A stretch of 64,000 nucleotides of DNA from an uncultured Chroococcidiopsis sp. (lineage in GTDB: Bacteria > Cyanobacteriota > Cyanobacteriia > Cyanobacteriales > Chroococcidiopsidaceae): positions 1 to 64,000 of the forward strand of contig CAXTYC010000009.1 in the NCBI GenBank assembly GCA_964248365.1, read 5' to 3'. The notes under the pieces were generated by a model, which was not told the DNA's origin, searched no databases, and saw only the letters and a list, made by a program, of their open reading frames with translations. The position numbers and the translations under genes were made by a program. Positions 43,189 through 53,968 of the stretch are shown in pieces; position 1 is the stretch's first letter; each line of letters starts with the position of its first letter.

Positions 43189-43473
43189 ATGTTGTCCCAA
43201 GTTTATTACCTTGTCCGCTCCAAAACAGATGGTCGTTATCTGGTAGCTCGTCCGAATCAAGATAATGCTTTGGGCTATCTGTTGCTGTTTCGTGAACATT
43301 TTGAAGCACTCTCGTATCTGAATACGCATGGTGTTGGTGTAGCTGAGCAATTTGCCATCGAATCTCTTCCTAGTACACACTTAAAAGGGTTGCTTAAACG
43401 TTGGGGATTCACAGGTGTAGGTATTGTTCAAGATCCACTACTACCAAACATTGAATTTTTCTCTCAAAATTGA
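43189..43473 (+). CDS. Conserved cyanobacterial hypothetical protein
   Basis: Natural-looking 94-aa ORF, co-oriented with its neighbours. Confidence 0.7.
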   Translation: MLSQVYYLVRSKTDGRYLVARPNQDNALGYLLLFREHFEALSYLNTHGVGVAEQFAIESLPSTHLKGLLKRWGFTGVGIVQDPLLPNIEFFSQN

Positions 43474-43678
43474 CTGATGGGTTTTGGAGGGGAAAGGAGA
43501 AGCCGAAGGCGTATTGACAGATTTAACACTAGCTAAACTAAATAACATATCTATCCTGGTGCAGATGTGATTAAAGCAACAGTTTCAGCTAATCAATATA
43601 TAGACTGTGCAAAATTTTGCTCAATTTTAGCCAAATACAGCCTAAAATAAATATTGCTACAAACAGGAGAGATTAAAT

Positions 43679-44047
43679 ATGCGCTTTATTCGCTCGAATC
43701 TATCTGCTCTGCGTCCTATGCGCTTCTTAGTAGCTGTCTGTATCAGCGCTTTAGTAGTATTCTCCCAAGCTTTTCCTGCCTTTAGCGCTCCTGTCAATCC
43801 TACTGGCAGCCCAAACGCTCCTGCTGAGGGTGAATCGCAGCTTTTAGACATTGAAAAAGAAGCACAAAAAGCAGTTTTGGAAAAACCATACTCACTCGAA
43901 CAAACACAAGCAAAAGCAAACGCAGGTCTCAACGAACTCCAAGGAACTGCTGATGCTGACAAGATGAAGCGTCCAGAAAATGCTCAAGCAAGCTCAGTTG
44001 AAGACAAATTAAAGAATGTTCTGGAAAAAGCTACAGGCAGAGATTGA
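43679..44047 (+). CDS. Low-temperature-induced-type exported protein
   Basis: AGGAG RBS, signal peptide, EGESQL..GLNELQG.AD.DKMKRP. Confidence 0.75.
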   Translation: MRFIRSNLSALRPMRFLVAVCISALVVFSQAFPAFSAPVNPTGSPNAPAEGESQLLDIEKEAQKAVLEKPYSLEQTQAKANAGLNELQGTADADKMKRPENAQASSVEDKLKNVLEKATGRD

Positions 44048-44092
44048 AGCCTTTGATGCATTGAAGCAATAAATCAGTAGTATTTTTTATTT

Positions 44093-44126
44093 AACAGGGA
44101 TGACTCTACCTAGAGTCATCCCTGTT
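44093..44126 (+). terminator. Intrinsic terminator / strong hairpin
   Basis: Perfect 16-bp inverted repeat AACAGGGATGACTCTA-CC-TAGAGTCATCCCTGTT followed by a T-rich tract. Confidence 0.75.
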
Positions 44127-44991
44127 TGCTGTTTTGCACAATTTACCGACTGATCTCCTCCTTAAGTGTTGCTAGCCTATTACCTAGTTGGATATTATTC
44201 TAGAGTAAATTTATACAAGTTTTTTTAAATACATCTTCACCTTGAATGCCGCTAAAAAAAAAATTTTATTCAGTTACCAGTAACCTTTTGTGTAATATCT
44301 TGCTTTCTGGTCACTATTGACGGGAACTGAAGCTGTTGCTTTATACAAGTGTAATATAAATATCTAAGGTTGTATATTGTATCTCTGTTTGACGCATATG
44401 CAAAGCAGAGAAATATAAAAAGATTAAATTAATTACCTGGAATTTTTAGTTAATATTTTTACTTATAGCAGATACCCCTTTAGGGAGATTACAAAAAGAT
44501 CTTTGTTACCTTATTGCCAAAAACCTCAAGTAGAGGTAAGTTTTATATGTGCCGAAAATTTTGTCAGCTTTTACTGACAAAGGAAAAATTATACCAGATA
44601 TATAGCTTTTTCCCTTATGTGAAGCACTAAATAGTATTAATTAATATAATTAAAACAAAACTGTATAAACATATACTCATAAAAAGTGGGATGTGTATGT
44701 GAGAATAAAATTTAGAACAAAAGCATAAAACTGGATAACCGTTTCGATAATGCATATACGGCTGAGTGTCATAAAAGAGTTAATGCCGGAATGCTTCATT
44801 TGTACACACTTTAAAGCAGTGAGTGAATATAATGAGCGCAGTTTTAGCTTTGCGATCTCAAATTAACTCTTTTACCTGGTGTGGTTAGAAAATTAGCTTG
44901 TGTTTAAATATGTAAAGAATTAAAATTAAGCACGTTATATCTAGCGACAAATACGTAAGAAAGTAATTGAACTAAATTTCTTCCTGGCAGC

Positions 44992-47295
44992 ATGGTACTA
45001 GACAAAGCAATGCATTCACTCAAAGCAACACCAGAAGGAATTACCAGAGCAAACAAAGCGGTATTAACATTTGCTACCAAGATGAACTTGGCAACAGAAC
45101 TAGAAATATCGCGCGCCACACTACAGAACTTTTTTGCAGGCAAATCAATACGCCGAGAAAATTTTTATAAAATCTGCCAAAAGCTTAGATTACCTTGGCA
45201 AGAAATTGCTGATCTTGAATTAAAATCAGAAAAAGAAACTCTGGTAGTTTCAAAAAGTCAGATAGACATCGATGCCCTAGTGCAACAAATGCGGCAGCAA
45301 GGCAGCGCAAGTATACAACAAAAATGTGGCTGTATGCGGGTGCTAGATATGTCGCAACCAATGGCGTTAAATGACATATATACTAGCGTTAACCTCTTAG
45401 AAAAAATCAATGGGCGGCGACGACTAGAAATACCAGACTTATTGAAAGTTTGTATAGCGACAGAATTTGAACGCCCAGGATTAGGGCGTAGCACTCAAAT
45501 CCCCACCCAGGGATTAGAAGTAGTGCAAAAATACCCGAAATTAATTGTATTGGGCAAACCAGGAGCAGGCAAGACTACATTTTTGAAATACATTGCCTTG
45601 CAATGTGATAGTGGGAAAATACACAGCGATCGCGTACCTATATTTATCTCACTCAAAGACTATGCCGAAGCTACACCTGACCAAAGCCTGCTGACATACA
45701 TTAGTGAAATATTTACCGATAGCGGCAATTGCACAAATGCTGTAGAACAAATCTGTATTCAAGGCAAAGCTCTCATCTTACTTGATGGTCTAGATGAAGT
45801 GAGAGAAAATGATTGCTACCGCGTGTTGCAAGAATTACGACATTTTACAGCCAAGTATCACTTAAATCATTTCGTTCTGACTTGTCGCCTTGCCACTAGG
45901 GAATATACATTTGAAGAATTTACTGAAGTCGAAGTTGCTGATTTTAGTGAAGCACAGATAGCTAGATTTGTGAGCAGATGGTTTGCCCATAAAGATCCCA
46001 GCTCTAGCCGCAAGTTTCTGACTAAATTAGAGCAACATCAATCTATCCAAGAACTAGCTACCAATCCCCTATTACTTACCCTTCTGTGTCTAAGTTTCGA
46101 AGAATCAGGCGATTTTCCAGCAAATCGAGCCGAGTTATACAAAGAAGGGCTGAATGTAATGCTGCGTAAATGGGATGCCAAACGCAATATTGAGCGAGAG
46201 CAAATCTACAAAAAACTCTCCGTCCAGCACAAGAAAGACTTGCTCGGTCAAATTGCTTTACAAACGTTTGAACGAGGAGAATACTTTTTCCGTCAACAAG
46301 AACTAGAGCAGCAAATTGCTGAATATATCCGTAATATTCCCAGCGTGAGCCAGGATGTTCAGCACTTGCAAATTGATAGTGAAGCAGTACTAAAATCAAT
46401 CGAGGCACAACACGGGTTATTGGTAGAACGGGCAAGAGGAATTTACTCGTTTTCCCATTTGACTTTTCAGGAGTATTTCACGACGAGGGAAATTATTTCC
46501 AGTGCTGACCCTAAAGAGTTGGAGGTAGGGTTACAAAAGTTGGCGCAACGAGTGACACAAAAGCGCTGGCGGGAAGTGTTTTTATTGAGCATGGGGATGT
46601 TACGTAATGCTGATTATCTGTTGCAGTTGATGAAGCAGCAGATCGATTCTTTCTTAGCAGATGATCCCCACCTGCAAGCTTTCTTGGGTTGGCTGGGTCA
46701 CAAGTCTCGCTCTACGGATGTACCCTATCCATCAGTGCAAGTGCGGGCGTTTTATTTTGATTTGGATTTCGCCAGGGTGCTAGATGTTGCAGGAACGTTG
46801 GATTTAGTGCGATCGTTCGATCCTGGCTTTACCCGTGAGCTTGACACAACGCTTGCGCTTGACCTTGCCCTAGATCGAGCGCTAGCGATTAATCGTGTGT
46901 TTGAGACTACTACTAACAATCATCTTGCCCGTTCGATTGATCGCGTCTTGGCAAGAGCGATCGCCAGGGCGAGGGTAGCTCAGCCAAAGCTAGCAACTGC
47001 ATTAGAACAACTCAAAGATGGGCTACCCCATTGGACAGTAGATGCGCCAAAATTTGAACTATGGTGGCTAGTTAACGGTAAAGCTTGGATTGAGCAACTC
47101 AGAGCAGTAATGATTCAACAGCGCAATCTAGGTCATGTATGGCAGTTTAGCAACCAGCAAAAAACGGCATTAAAGCAGTATTATGAGGCAAATCAGTTGC
47201 TAGTAGATTGTCTCAAAAGTGACTGTTATGTAAGTAGTAGCTTACGGCATTCGATCGAGTCAACAATGTTGCTGCCCTTTACACCAATTGTCTAG
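44992..47295 (+). CDS. HTH-NACHT NTPase with helical C-terminal domain
   Basis: N-terminal HTH; Walker A GKPGAGKTT; Walker B LLDGLDE; NPLLL; FSHLTFQEY; YYEANQLLVDCL. Confidence 0.9.
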   Translation: MVLDKAMHSLKATPEGITRANKAVLTFATKMNLATELEISRATLQNFFAGKSIRRENFYKICQKLRLPWQEIADLELKSEKETLVVSKSQIDIDALVQQMRQQGSASIQQKCGCMRVLDMSQPMALNDIYTSVNLLEKINGRRRLEIPDLLKVCIATEFERPGLGRSTQIPTQGLEVVQKYPKLIVLGKPGAGKTTFLKYIALQCDSGKIHSDRVPIFISLKDYAEATPDQSLLTYISEIFTDSGNCTNAVEQICIQGKALILLDGLDEVRENDCYRVLQELRHFTAKYHLNHFVLTCRLATREYTFEEFTEVEVADFSEAQIARFVSRWFAHKDPSSSRKFLTKLEQHQSIQELATNPLLLTLLCLSFEESGDFPANRAELYKEGLNVMLRKWDAKRNIEREQIYKKLSVQHKKDLLGQIALQTFERGEYFFRQQELEQQIAEYIRNIPSVSQDVQHLQIDSEAVLKSIEAQHGLLVERARGIYSFSHLTFQEYFTTREIISSADPKELEVGLQKLAQRVTQKRWREVFLLSMGMLRNADYLLQLMKQQIDSFLADDPHLQAFLGWLGHKSRSTDVPYPSVQVRAFYFDLDFARVLDVAGTLDLVRSFDPGFTRELDTTLALDLALDRALAINRVFETTTNNHLARSIDRVLARAIARARVAQPKLATALEQLKDGLPHWTVDAPKFELWWLVNGKAWIEQLRAVMIQQRNLGHVWQFSNQQKTALKQYYEANQLLVDCLKSDCYVSSSLRHSIESTMLLPFTPIV

Positions 47296-47822
47296 CTAAA
47301 GCTTTCTTCTCTAGAATCGAAGCGCGATCGCCCAAAGATACTTTACTTTACATCTTGCACCAGTATCTAATAGAGGAGGTTCGCTCCTCCCCAAGTGCAA
47401 GATGTAAATTACCAAAAAAAAGTGTAGTTAAGCCAAAAAGTAGTTATTTAGATCTGGAAGCTAGCGCCCAAATTTTTTTTGGGCTTGGTCTAGGATTATA
47501 CTGTCTCAAGAACTGCTGTATGGAAAGCACATTATGCCGCCCCCCAAACCCATCATCAATAGCTTGATTCAACTGTATGACACAAAGGGCGGCTAGTGAC
47601 TCATCGTGACCAGTGGCGAGGGAAAAAATTATAAATTATAAATTATGAATTATGAATTCATAATTCGTAATTTAGCATAGCCCTAGCAAGGCTAAGTGTC
47701 TTATGCATCTCTATTGGGACTCCAGAATTGCTGACTACTCAGCTTATATTTATTTGTTGTAAGGAGCGCTTAGGCAACTTGCCTTTGATTTCGTTCCCTT
47801 GATTTTAGTGTGAGGAAATACA

Positions 47823-49556
47823 GTGAAACGACACTATTTGTTCCATAGCTTCTTGTCAAGTCTAGCTTTAACGCTTTTAACCACTCACAGTGCCTCGTCT
47901 GTGCCAGCTGTACAAGTAACAGTTGTACCGTCTCACTCTACAGTTAGGCATACAAAAGTCAAACCAGTGAAAGAGAAAAATCTTCGGATAAGTGCGCTTA
48001 AAAAAGTTCATAGGAATGCAGTAAAGCTAATTCGCCCGAATCTTGGTGTGGTACGCAAAACTAACCAGCTAACGGTTCAAAACGGGCAAAAACTAGGGCA
48101 AAAACTAGCGCAAACACCCAGCCCCGCCCCAGGTAATAGTAATTCAAATACTCCTAATCCCACATTGCCACAGCAGCAGCAAGAGCCAGCTAAAACCGAT
48201 CTTCCCAGTCGCAATACCCCACCTCCTAGCTACCTCAACCCTAATCCAAATCCCCTGCGACTTCCCACTAACCCAGCAGAAGTACAAATCTTGGGAGCTG
48301 AACCGATTACCTTGCAACAGGCGTTGGAGTTAGCACGGCGGAATAATCGTGAGCTACAGCAGGCACAATTTGCTGTAGAACGCTCTCGTGCTGCACTGCG
48401 AGCACAGGAAGCAGCCCTGTATCCCACGCTAGGTTTAAACGCTGGAGTTGCTAATCGAGACAGCTATATCTTTGGTGATGCACCAGATTTAGGGGCAGGG
48501 CAGCAGTTTGATAATAATTCCACTGGAGTCAACGGCAATTTGCAGTTAAATTACAACTTATATACCTCTGGTAGGCGCTCTGCCTCAATTCGAGCAGCAA
48601 GAGAGCAGCTGCGTAACGATCAGTTAGATCTTGAGCGCCTACGTGAGGACACTCGTTTAAATGTTTCCAATGATTACTACAACTTGCAACAAGCAGATGA
48701 GAACGTAAGAATTCAACGGTCTGCTTTGACTAATGCTCTGGCTTCTTTACGTGATGCACAAGCTTTAGAACAAGCAGGGGTGGGAACTCGCTTTGATGTT
48801 CTGACAGCTCAGGTGCAGGTAGCACAGGCGCAACAAGCTCTGACTGATGCCTTGAGTCAACAGCGCATTTCCAGAAGGACATTAGCAACAAGGCTTTCTT
48901 TATCTGAAAATGTGATTATCACTGCCGCCGACCCAGTGCAAATATCAGGGCTTTGGAATTTGTCACAAGAACAAAGTATTGTGCAAGCTTTTCAAAATCG
49001 TGCCGAACTCGAACAGCAGCTAGCACAGCGCACTATTAGTCAGCAACGGCGACGAATTGCCCTATCTAGTCTTGGACCACAAATTAGTCTGACTGCTACA
49101 TACAGCCTTCAGAATACATTTGGCAACAACAATAATAACAACTTTAGTAGAAACTTTACGGATAATTACTCTTTGGGAGCAAACTTATCCCTGAGTTTAT
49201 ACGAAGGCGGTGCGGCAAGAGCAGCAGCTAGGCAAGAAGAAGCTAATATTGCGATCGCTGAAAGTAATTTTGCACTAACTCGCGATCAGATTCGCTTGCA
49301 GGTAGAACAAGCCTATTCGCAATTGCAGTCTAATTTTGTCAACATTCAAACAGCAACTGTTGCTGTAGAACAAGCCAGGGAAGCTTTACGGTTAGCAAGG
49401 CTGCGATTTCAAGCAGGGGTTGGCACTCAAACTGAAGTCATTGACTCCGAAAACCGACTAACTGTAGCCGAAGGGCAACGAGTAAATGCCATTTTGAGCT
49501 ATAACCGTGCCTTGGCACAATTACAACGATCTATTAGCTCAGGTCAGCAACGCTAA
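47823..49556 (+). CDS. TolC-family outer membrane efflux protein
   Basis: ITLQQALELARRNN, YYNLQQAD, LARLRFQAGVGTQ; GAGG RBS before GTG. Confidence 0.92.
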   Translation: MKRHYLFHSFLSSLALTLLTTHSASSVPAVQVTVVPSHSTVRHTKVKPVKEKNLRISALKKVHRNAVKLIRPNLGVVRKTNQLTVQNGQKLGQKLAQTPSPAPGNSNSNTPNPTLPQQQQEPAKTDLPSRNTPPPSYLNPNPNPLRLPTNPAEVQILGAEPITLQQALELARRNNRELQQAQFAVERSRAALRAQEAALYPTLGLNAGVANRDSYIFGDAPDLGAGQQFDNNSTGVNGNLQLNYNLYTSGRRSASIRAAREQLRNDQLDLERLREDTRLNVSNDYYNLQQADENVRIQRSALTNALASLRDAQALEQAGVGTRFDVLTAQVQVAQAQQALTDALSQQRISRRTLATRLSLSENVIITAADPVQISGLWNLSQEQSIVQAFQNRAELEQQLAQRTISQQRRRIALSSLGPQISLTATYSLQNTFGNNNNNNFSRNFTDNYSLGANLSLSLYEGGAARAAARQEEANIAIAESNFALTRDQIRLQVEQAYSQLQSNFVNIQTATVAVEQAREALRLARLRFQAGVGTQTEVIDSENRLTVAEGQRVNAILSYNRALAQLQRSISSGQQR

Positions 49557-49655
49557 AACCAGAGGCTAGGGGCAAGGAAAACAATTATCAATTGTTCATT
49601 ATTCATTGCGAACTTGATAATTGTTTTCCCTTTTCCCTTTTCCCCTTGTCCTCCC

Positions 49656-50558
49656 CTAGCCTCTAGCCCCTTGCGATAGCTTAAGATTCAAAATTGACAA
49701 AACCAAGATCACCAAAAACAGCACTAAGCCAATCGTACAAGCATAACTCATCTCTAAGTTGCGGAAGCCTTGCTCATAGAGATAATAAACAATTGTTTTA
49801 GAACTGTTGCGTGGTCCTCCTTGAGTCATGATGTAAATTTCTTCAAATACCTTCGTCGCAGAAATGGCAGAAATCACACCTACTAGGACTAAATAGGGTT
49901 TCATCAACGGTACTGTAATATCCCAGTGTTTTCGCATACCGTCCGAGCCGTCTATCGCAGCTGCTTCATATAAATCTGCTGGGATAGATTGCAACCCAGC
50001 TAAGTAAATCACCATGTAATAGCCCAATCCTTTCCATACCGTCACCGCCATCACGCTGAAAATGGCGAATTTAGGGCTAGTCAACCAGGGAATGCCATTT
50101 GTGCTGAATATCCCTAACTGTTTGAGTAATTGATTGAGTAAACCGTTTTGGGCATACAGCCATCTCCAGGCAATGCCAGCTACCACCATTGAAATTATAA
50201 CTGGGGTATAATAAGCCGCCCTAAACCATTGCATACCGCGTAGTTTCTGGTTAACTAAAATCGCTAGTGTCAAAGGAATAACTACTAAGATCGGTACAAC
50301 CCCAACTAGATAAATTACAGTATTCCAAAGTGTTTGCCAAAAAACCGGATCAACCCACAGGCGGCGGAAATTGGCAAAACCGATCAATTGCGGCGGTTGA
50401 GTTAGGTCGTATTCGTAGCGGGTAAAGCTGAGATAAAAAGCTTGGAGTGCAGGATAAAAGACTGTTAGCCCCAAAACAAGGAGTGCTGGTAGCAAAAATA
50501 GGTAAGGCGTTAGTCGCTGTCCAATTAAGCCCCAATTTACAGCTATTGATTTTTGCAT
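49656..50558 (-). CDS. Carbohydrate ABC transporter permease
   Basis: PYLFLLPA, WKGLGYYM, and EAA motif LYEAAAIDG. Confidence 0.92.
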   Translation of the reverse strand: MQKSIAVNWGLIGQRLTPYLFLLPALLVLGLTVFYPALQAFYLSFTRYEYDLTQPPQLIGFANFRRLWVDPVFWQTLWNTVIYLVGVVPILVVIPLTLAILVNQKLRGMQWFRAAYYTPVIISMVVAGIAWRWLYAQNGLLNQLLKQLGIFSTNGIPWLTSPKFAIFSVMAVTVWKGLGYYMVIYLAGLQSIPADLYEAAAIDGSDGMRKHWDITVPLMKPYLVLVGVISAISATKVFEEIYIMTQGGPRNSSKTIVYYLYEQGFRNLEMSYACTIGLVLFLVILVLSILNLKLSQGARG

Positions 50559-50817
50559 TTTGAAAAAAGTAATGATAAATGCAGAAATTATAAGTGATGA
50601 ATTATGAAAGTTAATATTCAAATTCTTGAACTTAGATCTTGCATCCTTTACAGGTAGAACGACGGCTAGAGCTAGTTCCAAGGCTGGGCTCTTTGGAATT
50701 AGAATATCGAGTCGGAGCCTCATCAACGACTGCTAGAGCTACTTTGGAACTAAGAGATCGAGTCGGAGCTTCATTTGTGACTTTTACAATTTGGGCATGA
50801 TATGAGTCAGCAATCTT

Positions 50818-51114
50818 ATGAGAGCAAAAATTGAAAATGGAATTATTTTCCTCCACAAAGAGGACGTGCCGAGTTTCAAAAAAGGCGGTTCCTCTGTGAG
50901 AAACAGCTATTTTTGGGCGCTACGCTCGATCGCAGGTCGAGCAGCGCGCGATCGCGACTGGGAATATGAATCAGAAGTGTGGTTAGCCCTGGCGAGAATG
51001 CTGTTATCCTTTAGTGAATCCGGTTATCTGAGTCTGAAAGAAACCATCCTAGAATTTGAGATTTCGCAACTCGAAATCCCTGAAGTACTGCGAAGCGTTG
51101 CTACATGGGAGTGA
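50818..51114 (+). CDS. Hypothetical protein
   Basis: 98-aa ORF with natural composition (RNSYFWAL, SESGYL). Confidence 0.7.
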   Translation: MRAKIENGIIFLHKEDVPSFKKGGSSVRNSYFWALRSIAGRAARDRDWEYESEVWLALARMLLSFSESGYLSLKETILEFEISQLEIPEVLRSVATWE

Positions 51115-51229
51115 GAGGGGTTAGGGACTAGAAGAGGACAACCCGACAACCCGACAACCCGACAAGGGGAGAATTCACCTCCCTCTAGCCCCTGGTTCCT
51201 CTAGTTCCTCTAGCCCCTAAATTAGCCTC

Positions 51230-52153
51230 TCAATGTGATAGAGAATTGTAGCTAATCTGGTCTGATTTGTATTCAGGCGGCTCCACATGAATTAAAACCC
51301 TGACTGGGCTAAATTTTTCTTCTAGTCGTGTTTCCACTTCTTCAGTAATGCGGTGAGCAGTGTCTACATCTTTAGCATCTACAATTAAATGCATTTCAAT
51401 AAAGACTTGACGACCAACCAAACCGCGAGAGGCAATATCATGGCAGTTGATTACTCCAGTCACAGACAATGCAATCTTGTGAATTTCTTCTGGGGCGATC
51501 GCCATTTCGTCCACCAGCCAAGGCAAATTTTCTTTGATCACATCCCAGCCACTGCGAAATACTAGCAGGGCGACAGGAAAAGCCAAAATCACATCTAGCC
51601 ATGCAAGTTGTGGTAAATTCAAAACTCGTCCCTGCCAAACACCAATCAACCCAGCGATCACAGTGATAGTCACCCATACATCACTCATAGTATGCTTAGC
51701 ATCTGCAATTAAAATTGAGCTACCCACGCGCTGACCTACGCCACGTTCATAAAAGGCAACGAAAATATTCACGCCTAGCACAATTAGCAGCAACCACAAC
51801 TCTGATGCAGAGATCTTGACTGGTTCACCTGGGTTGACAATTCGCTCGATTGCTCCCTGTAAAATCTCAAAGCAGGCTATACCCAAAAAGGCTGCAATTC
51901 CCAATGCTCCCACAGCTTCAAATTTCTGGTGTCCGTAGGGGTGATCGCGATCGGGTATGGGAGAAGAAAACCGACTGGTAATTAATCCCAAGACATTATT
52001 AGCGCTGTCTGTAACACTATGCAAAGCATCGGCTATCAAGCTCAGAGAACCTGTCCACCAGCCTAGTACTGCCTTCAATACCATCACAAATAGATTGAGT
52101 AATAGGGTGATGAGCAAAACTTTACGTACTGCCAAGCGGTGATCTGAAACCAT
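51230..52153 (-). CDS. Cation diffusion facilitator (FieF-like)
   Basis: ADALHSVTD, HPYGH, ADAKHTMSD, IHVEP. Confidence 0.93.
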   Translation of the reverse strand: MVSDHRLAVRKVLLITLLLNLFVMVLKAVLGWWTGSLSLIADALHSVTDSANNVLGLITSRFSSPIPDRDHPYGHQKFEAVGALGIAAFLGIACFEILQGAIERIVNPGEPVKISASELWLLLIVLGVNIFVAFYERGVGQRVGSSILIADAKHTMSDVWVTITVIAGLIGVWQGRVLNLPQLAWLDVILAFPVALLVFRSGWDVIKENLPWLVDEMAIAPEEIHKIALSVTGVINCHDIASRGLVGRQVFIEMHLIVDAKDVDTAHRITEEVETRLEEKFSPVRVLIHVEPPEYKSDQISYNSLSH

Positions 52154-52700
52154 GTAAATAAGGGGCTAGAGGCTAGGGGCTAGGGGCTAGAAAGAGGGGC
52201 AGGGGGGACTCGGTGTCCCCTCTGGGGATAGGGGGGAGAGGGGATCTGGGGGGACTCGGTGTCCCCGGTTCCGAAGGAACTGGGGATAGGGGGGCTTCGG
52301 GGTCACTCGCGTAGTGGGGTTGGGGGGAAGAGGGGGGCAGGGAGGCAGAGGGGCAGGGGAAGCTGGGGGGAAATTACGAATTACCTTTTACCTTAACCCT
52401 TTACCCTTTTCCCTACTTACTATGAACTAATGTAAAACATAAAACAAGAATAAAAGGTTTCAAACCGTTACATAGTAAAGATTCTGTTTGTCTTTAAGCT
52501 CAAGATATTTACCGGACTTATTAATAAAATCTCTTAATTAACAGTAAGGATATGGTAAGGCGTTAGCGTTCACGAAGTGTAGCGAAGCGTCTAGCGTGAG
52601 CGTAGTTATCGCCCCTACTACAAATTTCTTTAGTTAATCTCTTTGCCCTATGTAACTCTTTCTTCTAGCATTAGTAGCAGAATATTAAATTCAATCGTTC

Positions 52701-53051
52701 ATGTCTCCAACTCATCTGACACTAAACTTAGTTGAGGGTTCTGTTTCCTTTAGCTTTTCACCCCAAGCAGCGCGAGAATTACAAGCAGCAATTTCACAAT
52801 TGATGGATCGTCTCAAAATCGTTGCTACCAAAGCAGCGCCAGGTAGCAAAGCTAGCCCTCAGCCACCCCTAGAGTATCGGCACACTGGTGAAATCTTTTT
52901 AGAGGTTTTCTGCAACCCCAATATCTGGGCTAGTCCCTTTGCCGCTAAAGTCTTATTGACAGTACGGGATGCCAGCATTCGCTTAACCACAGAGGCTGAA
53001 CTTACCCGCCTGATCGAAGATCTGAATCAATATTTAGACCAAGTAGGGTAA
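52701..53051 (+). CDS. Conserved cyanobacterial hypothetical protein
   Basis: GSVSF and EVFCNPNIW motifs. Confidence 0.75.
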   Translation: MSPTHLTLNLVEGSVSFSFSPQAARELQAAISQLMDRLKIVATKAAPGSKASPQPPLEYRHTGEIFLEVFCNPNIWASPFAAKVLLTVRDASIRLTTEAELTRLIEDLNQYLDQVG

Positions 53052-53412
53052 TAGCGGTTAGCTATTAGCTGGCGCGCTTTTTGTCCTTTGCGTAAGCGGG
53101 TCTTAGCCTGCAAGAAGCCGCTAGCCTGCGGCTTGAAGCGAGTGCAGTACGCGTCTGTCCTTTGCTATTAGACGTATTGCCCCTTCGCGGGAAAAGGTTA
53201 AAGGAACTCGGGACTTGGGTAACTCAAAACCGAGTGCCGAGTCCCGAGTCCCGACTTCAAAAAAGAAGTCTACTATTGACAGCTGAAAGCTAAAAGCTAA
53301 AAGCTAAAAAAAAATAAGTAATGAGTAGGGCGAACGGCGGTTCGCCCGTTAAGTAATAAGTATTTGGTTTTTTCTAGTTCCACTAGTTCCACTAGTCTAC
53401 TTGCCACTATTT

Positions 53413-53646
53413 TTAGTCATTATCCCAGTCTTCTCTGCCAATTAGATCGCCGATGCGATCGCGCAGCAAAAAGTCACATTTTTCTAGTTCACATTCAATA
53501 CAAACCCACTCCCTTGCTGGAATATATTGGCAAAGGGTGTAGATCGGCTGCTGTCGGCTGACCACTCCTTTTTGCACCAGTTGACGGGCTTCATCTTGGA
53601 TTACGTCCAAAGAGTAACGGATTGGTTGCACCGTATTCACGCTCAT
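53413..53646 (-). CDS. DUF4327 family protein (PatD-like)
   Basis: YSLDVIQDEARQLV..RQQPIYTLC..EDWDND. Confidence 0.85.
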   Translation of the reverse strand: MSVNTVQPIRYSLDVIQDEARQLVQKGVVSRQQPIYTLCQYIPAREWVCIECELEKCDFLLRDRIGDLIGREDWDND

Positions 53647-53734
53647 AGTTTTAACCTAAGAATTTATGGTAGTACTGCGTTCAACACTCACAAGGATCAC
53701 AGACAGTTAGGATTCGGCTTCGATTAGAAAATTT

Positions 53735-53748
53735 GTAGTTCTATATAC
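53735..53748. promoter_or_regulatory. Candidate NtcA box upstream of the DUF4327 gene
   Basis: GTA-GTTCTATA-TAC, about 90 bp upstream of the start codon. Confidence 0.45.
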
Positions 53749-53968
53749 TGAATCTTTTTCATTTTGGCGCTAAACGCTCTATATTTATATTAATAAACAT
53801 TGAGCAAGTCAGCAATTCTTGACAAATTCGTTACTTAATGCTCAGGCTTAGAAACTTCTACAAATAAGCAATTGCAAGCTCTTGAATTTTATTTTTCCGA
53901 GTTTGGGAGCAGATTAAGATACCGATAGTTATATCTTGAGGTGAGCAAAAATGGGCAATAAATCCTAC

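Noticed and set aside
44663..44676. GTA-N8-TAC NtcA-like site upstream of the NACHT gene
   Set aside because: Expected by chance in AT-rich DNA, with no properly spaced -10 element or supporting context.
50559..50726. N-terminal extension of the sugar permease
   Set aside because: It runs through AT-rich and REP-like intergenic DNA; permease similarity begins near 50558.
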